DNA of 64,000 nt from contig JAJDCA010000037.1 in the NCBI GenBank assembly GCA_029261055.1, positions 82,818 through 146,817 of the forward strand. The letters run 5' to 3'. Below the pieces are notes generated by a model. The model made no database searches. It was not told the origin of the DNA and saw only the letters and a program-made list of their open reading frames with translations. Each line of letters starts with the position of its first letter. Position 1 is the first letter of the stretch. The position numbers and the translations under genes were made by a program. This DNA comes from Candidatus Omnitrophota bacterium. GTDB taxonomy: Bacteria; Omnitrophota; Gorgyraeia; Zapsychrales; Zapsychraceae. This document shows, one piece after another, positions 58,205-64,000 of this stretch.

Positions 58205-58278
58205 TACACTCATTAGGATTCGAACCTAAAACCTACAGGGTAGAAACCTGTTGCTCTATCCATTTGAGCTATGAGTGC
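58205..58278 (-). tRNA. tRNA-Arg (anticodon UCU), 74 nt
   Basis: Manual cloverleaf: acceptor GCACTCA/TGAGTGT(A), D-arm GCTC-AAATGGATA-GAGC, anticodon arm ACAGG-TTTCTAC-CCTGT, variable AGGTT, T-arm TTAGG-TTCGAAT-CCTAA. Lies 12 nt downstream of the preceding CDS. Confidence 0.8.
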
Positions 58279-58289
58279 ATAGCTTATTC

Positions 58290-58841
58290 TTAGTAAGGGA
58301 TAATGTCTTCATCCTCTTCTTTTTCGTCGCCAACTACAACAAATTCAATAATTGAAATGGTTGTTTCTGGACTAAATTCAACGTCAAGGTGTTTTTGAAC
58401 CAAGTCTTCTTTAATAGCGGCTTCGTCTTGGTATCCTGCCAAAACTGCATCTGTATCATTTAGTGAGTCAAACGACTTTGCTTCCATTGCAGTTACATAC
58501 ACCTCTACAACGTCGAGTTGGTCTACGTCATTAAATAAATTAACCAAACCCAATCCACAACCTACTGTTCCAGGAATAGCAAGAGATGTTGCTCCCGCCT
58601 CTGTTACTAGGTTTAGATCATCCTCTACCACTGAAATCTGATATTTTACAGCACTATTATTAGGATCTAAACAACAATCTTCCGTATCTTCTGGCGATGC
58701 CAACATATCTTCGACCCGATTTGCCTTTAAGATATCTAGTTCAGATTCATAGATGGCAACAAGTTCCTGTGCCGCTTCACGATAACTACTATTTCGATTA
58801 CCATAAAGTAACTCAATTAACTGTTTCTTGTCATTACTCAT
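58290..58841 (-). CDS. Highly acidic protein (183 aa); DNA-mimic / anti-restriction candidate
   Basis: Very high Asp/Glu content. C-terminus reads EFVVVGDEKEEDEDIIPY. Its start overlaps the groES stop by 8 nt. Confidence 0.4.
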   Translation of the reverse strand: MSNDKKQLIELLYGNRNSSYREAAQELVAIYESELDILKANRVEDMLASPEDTEDCCLDPNNSAVKYQISVVEDDLNLVTEAGATSLAIPGTVGCGLGLVNLFNDVDQLDVVEVYVTAMEAKSFDSLNDTDAVLAGYQDEAAIKEDLVQKHLDVEFSPETTISIIEFVVVGDEKEEDEDIIPY

Positions 58842-59145
58842 TTAATTCTCCTTTTTCATTTGTTTCTATAACTGCTAGAATATCTCCGGCAGATAAAATA
58901 ACCAGCTCGCCACTGCTGACATTTGTGGCATTGTTAGAGTTTGCATTGACTATAACGGTATCGCCAACGTCGACCGAGATCTCTTCTCTTTCCCCACTGT
59001 CCAGTAGTCTTCCTGGGCCAACGGCCAATACCTCTGCGCGTAGTGTTGCTTCACGAGCAGATTCCACTAGAAACAGCCCATTGTCGGTAGTTTCTGATGC
59101 TCTTATTGGTTTAAGAACAACTCTGTCATTTATTGGTTTCAACAT
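58834..59145 (-). CDS. groES: GroES-type co-chaperonin (103 aa)
   Basis: Collinear with E. coli GroES: NDRVVLKP / EVLAVGPGRLLDSGE / VDVGDTVI / GDILAVIE (versus HDRVIVKR / EVLAVGNGRILENGE / VKVGDIVIF / SDILAIVE). Confidence 0.85.
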   Translation of the reverse strand: MLKPINDRVVLKPIRASETTDNGLFLVESAREATLRAEVLAVGPGRLLDSGEREEISVDVGDTVIVNANSNNATNVSSGELVILSAGDILAVIETNEKGELNE

Positions 59146-59209
59146 ATTTAAACTCCTAGTCTATATTATACATTATATTTTAAATATTTTCAATATTATT
59201 TTTATTTTT

Positions 59210-59785
59210 CTATTCTTTGTCAACGCCACCAAATATTTCTTGATACATACTGATAAATATGTCGGCAGTTTCACGAGCGTCATCTATCGCCAAATGAGTG
59301 TGTTTCTGTGGACCAAACCACGACTTAGGCATATTTCGTTTTGTTGACTTAACAAACTTACAGCACATGGCGCACATTGCCATCGTTTTCATGTCGATAC
59401 ACGAAAATCCTAGACAGTTTCTACTGCCGCAGAATTCAACCATGTACCATCGAACAAATGTGAAATCAAAGCCTGCTGGGTGTGCAGTAAATATTGGTCG
59501 ACCTGGCAAACTCTTCAGCCAATTTTCGTAGTTTCTCATGGCGTATTCTGGGTCTTGAGTATCTATTCGTGTCGCCCTATATTCTTCTGGGTAATCTCTC
59601 CAAAACTTCATCGTGTCTATATCTTCGCAGTCTCCAGGCAATCTTTCAAGATTGGTTTCAAATTCTCCAATCTTATCCATGTTTTCATCAACTGCTACTG
59701 AGGCGAAACTTAACATTGAGTGCTTGCCAGGAATTGGTCCATTTGATTCAACGTCTGTAACTATATAAATTTCTGGCTTACTCAT
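59210..59785 (-). CDS. DEDDh 3'-5' exonuclease (DnaQ/oligoribonuclease-like)
   Basis: Exo I IVTDVESNG (DxE), Exo II HPAGFDFTF, Exo III HLAIDDARETADIF (Hx4D). Confidence 0.7.
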   Translation of the reverse strand: MSKPEIYIVTDVESNGPIPGKHSMLSFASVAVDENMDKIGEFETNLERLPGDCEDIDTMKFWRDYPEEYRATRIDTQDPEYAMRNYENWLKSLPGRPIFTAHPAGFDFTFVRWYMVEFCGSRNCLGFSCIDMKTMAMCAMCCKFVKSTKRNMPKSWFGPQKHTHLAIDDARETADIFISMYQEIFGGVDKE

Positions 59786-60027
59786 TATGACAAATCTTTC
59801 TCATGCTTACTTATTGCTTTGTTGAATTCTTTATTTAAAGCTTTGCTCATGTCCTCAAGTCTTTTTCTGTTCATTCTCTCTGCAAGCTTGCCAGAGCTAT
59901 ACCCTGACTTAAATCCAATATCGCTACCTATCTTATAAGACCCAATTCCGACGAATATAATAAAACACAGCAAAAACCCTACTATTGTGTAAATATATAT
60001 AAATTCCATTTTATCCACTATTTTCAT
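59785..60027 (-). CDS. Small membrane protein (80 aa)
   Basis: N-terminal TM helix. Its stop overlaps the start of the exonuclease gene. Confidence 0.35.
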   Translation of the reverse strand: MKIVDKMEFIYIYTIVGFLLCFIIFVGIGSYKIGSDIGFKSGYSSGKLAERMNRKRLEDMSKALNKEFNKAISKHEKDLS

Positions 60028-60208
60028 CTCTAATTGTAATTGTTATTTTTTGTTTGTCTTTTCCATAAACACTATGAATTTTCTTAAGATTTGCTCTTAT
60101 CTCTGCAATAGTCTCGTCCAGCTTTTCTCCATCTTTGATCTTAATACGATAATTCACCCTAATCTCTATATTTTCAGGCATTGGCGGATACTTTCTCTAC
60201 TGCTGATA

Positions 60209-60553
60209 CTATATTTTAAAATCTCCAGTCTTATTCATCATATCGTGTAACATTTCCGAACATTCAGCACATACGGTAATAGACTCTTGTACTAATTCCG
60301 AACTATTGCAATACTTATTACCATTTGTGAATGGTCGGTTTGGTATTTTCATACAATCATTTCTCATATGTTTAAAATGTGGAGTTTTAATGATTAGTTT
60401 ATTTTCATTTTTTTTATTGATCTTAATACTACAGTATTCACACTCTTTGTCTGTAGAAAAAGCCTGATAAATATTGGCTCCATGTCTAAAGAACGCTGCT
60501 AAAAATAGTGTTGCTATTACACAAGTGCCTATAATTGATAATGTTATCCACAT
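60209..60553 (-). CDS. Membrane-anchored Cys/His-rich protein with an HNH-like arrangement (114 aa)
   Basis: CEYC ... HFKHMRNDC ... N ... CAECSEMLHD resembles the CxxC/H-N-H/CxxC layout. The N-terminal TM helix is atypical for HNH endonucleases. Confidence 0.3.
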   Translation of the reverse strand: MWITLSIIGTCVIATLFLAAFFRHGANIYQAFSTDKECEYCSIKINKKNENKLIIKTPHFKHMRNDCMKIPNRPFTNGNKYCNSSELVQESITVCAECSEMLHDMMNKTGDFKI

Positions 60554-60734
60554 AATTTAACCTTTCTACCAGATTTAAACTATCTTGACAATACCATTAT
60601 ACCGGACTTTACTGAGTTTGTATCAGATTTATCTACAAATGATAAAATATTTTTTTTATCTGACTATGCTAGAATTATGTGATATACTGCTATAGGATAA
60701 AGATTATATTTTAAATTTATAGAAAGAAACTAAA
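60554..60734. promoter_or_regulatory. Divergent promoter region between leftward and rightward small-gene clusters
   Basis: 181-nt AT-rich non-coding gap. Contains TTGACA at about 60582 and an extended -10 element TGATATACT at about 60690, oriented towards the plus-strand genes. Confidence 0.4.
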
Positions 60735-61070
60735 GTGAAATGGGAAATGAAGAGGCGTCTAGATAGGTCTGGACTAATAGAATATGTTTGCAAATGTGGC
60801 GTTGGTCATCCAGTTTGGGGTTCTGCCTTGTGGATATGTCAAAATAAGAATGGGACAGATTATCCTGAACTAGATAGAGATGCTACGAACGAGATGATTC
60901 ACGGCTGTTGCGGTTGCTGTGAAAGAGATGACTGGCCTGGAACAGTTGAAAACTCATTAAAAGTAGCTCATGACATTATTAAATCTCAGAATAAAACAAT
61001 ATCTCAATTAAATCGTGAAATTAGCAGACTATTAATAGTTGAACAGAAGTCAAAGTTAAAACCAAAGTAA
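60735..61070 (+). CDS. Cys-rich small protein (111 aa)
   Basis: Contains CKCGVGH and HGCCGCCERDDW. Confidence 0.35.
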   Translation: MKWEMKRRLDRSGLIEYVCKCGVGHPVWGSALWICQNKNGTDYPELDRDATNEMIHGCCGCCERDDWPGTVENSLKVAHDIIKSQNKTISQLNREISRLLIVEQKSKLKPK

Positions 61071-61085
61071 GGTCTTGGGATTTTT

Positions 61086-61262
61086 ATGGATAACGAGCAG
61101 AAGGTAGAAGTTGCCATCAATCAAATGGAAGAAATAATTGAAAATAATGTCAAACTTCTTGAAAGTAGTAAAAGGTATAAAGTTACAAGAGAAGAACTTT
61201 TGATTCTATTGCATGAAGCATACTGTTTAGGTTTCGAGTCTTGTATGAAAGGAGATTTTTGA
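61086..61262 (+). CDS. Small ORF (58 aa), below the ORF-track cutoff
   Basis: ATG at 61086, sequence MDNEQKVEVAINQMEEIIENNVKLLESSKRYKVTREELLILLHEAYCLGFESCMKGDF. Fills the gap between neighbouring genes. Confidence 0.3.
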   Translation: MDNEQKVEVAINQMEEIIENNVKLLESSKRYKVTREELLILLHEAYCLGFESCMKGDF

Positions 61263-61309
61263 TCTTGTATTTTTTTAACAAAAAGAAAAATTCTGGTGGT
61301 GGCTTTTCG

Positions 61310-61678
61310 ATGTGGGGATATTTTAACAAGAAAAAAGCCGTCGATACCGACAAAGGAGTCACGAGAGAAATCACAATTGGTGATATGTATGATCAGATTG
61401 ATGAACTTTGTGGGTTTTTCAGCAGCATGTCTGATGATGAACTGAGTAACAAGTACTGTGAAGCTGGGAAAATATACGGTGAAGCTCTTGGCTATATTGG
61501 TCTTGGCACATGTGTTCACATGAAACGAAAAAGTCACTTATTTTTTATGCTGGAGAGAGAATATGATGTTAGGGGATTTATTCCAGTAGACTTGAATGAC
61601 TTTATTTCTGCTGGCTATTGGAGCAAGGATATTTCACATTTAATGAATATAAAGAGATCTGAAGAAAAGGAAGACTAA
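61310..61678 (+). CDS. Hypothetical protein (start at the internal Met preceded by GGTGGTGG)
   Basis: The track ORF begins at 61241. The later start avoids overlap with the small ORF and has an RBS. Confidence 0.35.
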   Translation: MWGYFNKKKAVDTDKGVTREITIGDMYDQIDELCGFFSSMSDDELSNKYCEAGKIYGEALGYIGLGTCVHMKRKSHLFFMLEREYDVRGFIPVDLNDFISAGYWSKDISHLMNIKRSEEKED

Positions 61679-61929
61679 TGGACTTATTACCTAAAAAAGA
61701 TATTAATTATGACTTGGTTGAGCTACCTCTCAAGCACCATGAAGAGTATCGCAAGCATACGTGCAAGACTGTGGTTCTTAATCCTCTATTCATTAAGAGT
61801 ATTAAGTGCTTCGGACATCCGACAATTCATCTTGATGATCAGTACGGTGGGTTAGATATAGATCTCCCAGTAGAAGAACTGATCTCTCGCCTCGGCCTAA
61901 CAGTCAAGTGGATGGAGGAGCAGTCATGA
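61678..61929 (+). CDS. Small protein, paralog A (83 aa)
   Basis: Shares DLVELP... and the C-terminal E(E/T)LISRLGL.(V/I)K motif with the next gene. Confidence 0.4.
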   Translation: MDLLPKKDINYDLVELPLKHHEEYRKHTCKTVVLNPLFIKSIKCFGHPTIHLDDQYGGLDIDLPVEELISRLGLTVKWMEEQS

Positions 61930-62282
61930 GTGAGGTGACATTTGAACAGGTAATGGAAGTGGCGACTGATTTCTATGGCAGCGACTCGACTCTAGAGATC
62001 ACACTAAAGAATAATATGGCCAAAGCTATGTTCGAGTTGCTAGATACACACAAACCACCAACCCCTAAGCCTGACTTGGTTGAGTTGCCGTACAGCAAAG
62101 GGAAAACATTTTTTGTTAGTCCAACGGATATAGCCCTGATTGGAAAACATGGTAAGAATGGAGAGTGGACATATTTCATTCGAAAAGGCGATGGAGAAGA
62201 AGAGTGTATGTACAAAGTAGAATTAACTGTTGAGGAAACTCTTTCTCGTCTTGGTTTAAGAATAAAACGACTTAACGATTAG
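61926..62282 (+). CDS. Small protein, paralog B (start at the ATGA overlap, RBS GGAGGAG)
   Basis: PDLVELPYSKGKTFF ... VEETLSRLGLRIKRL parallels the previous ORF. Confidence 0.4.
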   Translation: MSEVTFEQVMEVATDFYGSDSTLEITLKNNMAKAMFELLDTHKPPTPKPDLVELPYSKGKTFFVSPTDIALIGKHGKNGEWTYFIRKGDGEEECMYKVELTVEETLSRLGLRIKRLND

Positions 62283-62290
62283 GCATCATT

Positions 62291-62518
62291 ATGAGTAATC
62301 GTCTTAAGAAATGTCCTCACTGCGCAAGTAAAGATTTAGAAAAATGCGAGGACTACTGTGATGATTTTGGAGACGGACCCTTGCATGCAGTAGTGGAATA
62401 TATTAAGTGTTTAAATTGTGGTGCTACTGGACCTACTTGGATAGAGATGCCTCGCGGTGTTAAGGATATCGGAGAGGCCACATGGAATACGCGAAGAAAA
62501 AAGTTAAGGAAGAGATAA
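62291..62518 (+). CDS. Zn-ribbon protein (75 aa)
   Basis: CPHCASKDLEKCEDYC ... CLNCGATG. Confidence 0.4.
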   Translation: MSNRLKKCPHCASKDLEKCEDYCDDFGDGPLHAVVEYIKCLNCGATGPTWIEMPRGVKDIGEATWNTRRKKLRKR

Positions 62519-62766
62519 TGAAAAAAGAACAGCTTAAAAAAGCTAACGATATTGTAAAGAAGATGTCAGATAATGAAATTATGCAAACCAATGTTAATAG
62601 GTTTCAGAGTTTCCGTGTTGACTCTTGGACACCTCCTGATATTAATAATTTTATTAATATAATGAAACTTATCCGGTCATCTTCCAAAACCAAGATTTGT
62701 GAAATTCTTAGGGAGGATCTTAGGATAGAGAACTATACTCTAAATAAGATGTTTGAGGAACTGTAA
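62518..62766 (+). CDS. Hypothetical protein (start at the TAATG overlap)
   Basis: The track ORF starts at 62482. The ATG at 62518 overlaps the preceding stop. Confidence 0.35.
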   Translation: MKKEQLKKANDIVKKMSDNEIMQTNVNRFQSFRVDSWTPPDINNFINIMKLIRSSSKTKICEILREDLRIENYTLNKMFEEL

Positions 62767-63269
62767 TGATTAACACTGAATATAACTACAAAGAACCAAC
62801 ACACTGCTATACGTGTGAATGCGAGCTTGGTAAACCATTCACGTATGGGTTAGGAGATGACGAAGACAAGCTTACATTTTGTTCTGTTGACTGTATGTGG
62901 AAACAAAAGCATCATCAAGATGCTGCTCTTGATGTGTTCATGAATGACTGGTATGCACACAAGTTTCGTAGCATTATGGCATTTTCAGTCATTCTATTTC
63001 AGTTAATATGTATCACTACTTTTATCATAATGTTCTCTGATATTTTTTCATGGGGTATTCACATATTGTGGCTACTAATTGTACCAACCGCTCTTATTGC
63101 TATTGGTGCCAATGAGTTGTTTTCTATTAATAGAGAAAATCGCAAACTTAGCGGTGAAAATCCATATGGTAACATTGATGATGATGAACAGAAATTCTGG
63201 TACGATTCTTCCTGTAATGATATAAAAAACACCTTTGACGGCATTATGGAAGAGCGTGAGGATGACTAA
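62766..63269 (+). CDS. Membrane protein with an N-terminal Zn-finger-like segment (167 aa)
   Basis: CYTCECELGK ... CSVDCMWKQKHH, then two TM helices. Confidence 0.4.
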   Translation: MINTEYNYKEPTHCYTCECELGKPFTYGLGDDEDKLTFCSVDCMWKQKHHQDAALDVFMNDWYAHKFRSIMAFSVILFQLICITTFIIMFSDIFSWGIHILWLLIVPTALIAIGANELFSINRENRKLSGENPYGNIDDDEQKFWYDSSCNDIKNTFDGIMEEREDD

Positions 63270-63795
63270 CAAGATAATAGATCGTTTTATTGATTTGTGG
63301 GACTATATTAGATATCTACCATATAGAATTTATATCGATATGAAATATTGGTCAACTAACTTGCGTAGAATTATAGACTTTGTACCCATTGTTTGGAGTG
63401 ATTATGATTTTGATTGCCAAAGTGGACTTTATATGCTAATATACAAGAAGCTTGAAAGACTTGAGCCATGTTTACGTAATGGGCATTTGCTTAATGGTGA
63501 AAAATACGCTAAAGAAGTTCGAAATGTTATGCTTGTTCTTGAAAGAATAATGGCAGATGACTATTGTTTTGAAGAGCGCTTAGACCATTTAAAAAAATGG
63601 GGCCAATATCGTATTGGTAGAGCTAATTCAGACGAAAAAACATTTTGTAATTTATTTGTCACTACCGAAGAGGAAGAGAAGTTGTGTAAGTCGGAATATT
63701 TTGACATTATAACAAAACAGGGGCATTTATTACAAAGAGATATTGATTGGGTGTTTCGAATTATTGGAGAGCGCCATTTGTATTGGTGGGATTAG
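63262..63795 (+). CDS. Hypothetical protein (start at the ATGACTAA overlap)
   Basis: The track ORF starts at 63235. MTNKIIDRF begins at the stop of the upstream gene. Confidence 0.35.
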   Translation: MTNKIIDRFIDLWDYIRYLPYRIYIDMKYWSTNLRRIIDFVPIVWSDYDFDCQSGLYMLIYKKLERLEPCLRNGHLLNGEKYAKEVRNVMLVLERIMADDYCFEERLDHLKKWGQYRIGRANSDEKTFCNLFVTTEEEEKLCKSEYFDIITKQGHLLQRDIDWVFRIIGERHLYWWD

Positions 63796-63821
63796 AAAAG
63801 TAAAATAAAGGAGATTTTTAA

Positions 63822-64000
63822 ATGGGAATGAGCGATGGCGAAAATATGAATTTAGAAAAACTTGAAATTGTTAGACTTAACTTAATGCTTGATGAGCTGT
63901 CTGCTACTTCGGGCGGTGCAAGTACCAGAGAAAGACTTATGGACCTACTAAGTAGATATGTCGATGGTAAACCCCTACCAACAAAAGAACAACTTGTTTA
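63822..64000 (+). CDS. Hypothetical protein, 3'-truncated by the window end
   Basis: ATG at 63822 preceded by AAGGAG. Open to the end of the window (MGMSDGENMNLEKLEIVRLNLMLDEL...). Not in the ORF track because it has no stop. Confidence 0.45.
   Translation, partial: MGMSDGENMNLEKLEIVRLNLMLDELSATSGGASTRERLMDLLSRYVDGKPLPTKEQLV

Overview
This window is a contiguous 64-kb segment of a low-GC tailed dsDNA bacteriophage or prophage. Genes are densely packed, Shine-Dalgarno sites are strong (GGAGG-type), and TAATG/ATGA translational coupling is frequent, suggesting a Firmicutes-like host. Three blocks run in opposite directions. Positions 1-48,658 (minus strand) form a late/structural operon, described here in transcription order from 48,658 down to 1: a nucleotide-metabolism island (thyX-like, guaC-like, metallophosphatase, class II ribonucleotide reductase (RNR), dut), a phage sigma-70-like factor, a packaging module, a head module, and a tail module. 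The packaging module contains a candidate small terminase, an ERCC4/XPF-type nuclease, and a large terminase interrupted by a 417-aa LAGLIDADG intein. The head module contains a portal, a CHRD-domain protein, a protease/scaffold-like protein and a major capsid protein followed by a strong terminator. The tail module contains a 2045-aa tape measure protein and about 12 distal tail/fibre proteins with LamG, PKD and propeller-like signatures. Positions 48,770-50,668 (plus strand) hold a lone, opposite-strand collagen-like (G-X-Y) fibre gene with a perfect 63-nt tandem repeat. Positions 50,720-60,553 (minus strand) hold about 25 small early/accessory genes (GroES, YfbR-like HD nucleotidase, DnaQ-like exonuclease, a highly acidic protein, tRNA-Arg(UCU)) and a 425-nt non-coding spacer. 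A divergent promoter region at 60,554-60,734 leads into rightward small genes (plus strand, 60,735 to the window end) that include Zn-ribbon proteins and tandem paralogs. No CRISPR, no reverse transcriptase and no integrase or lysis genes were recognised in this window. All calls rest on manual motif recognition in the supplied ORF translations.
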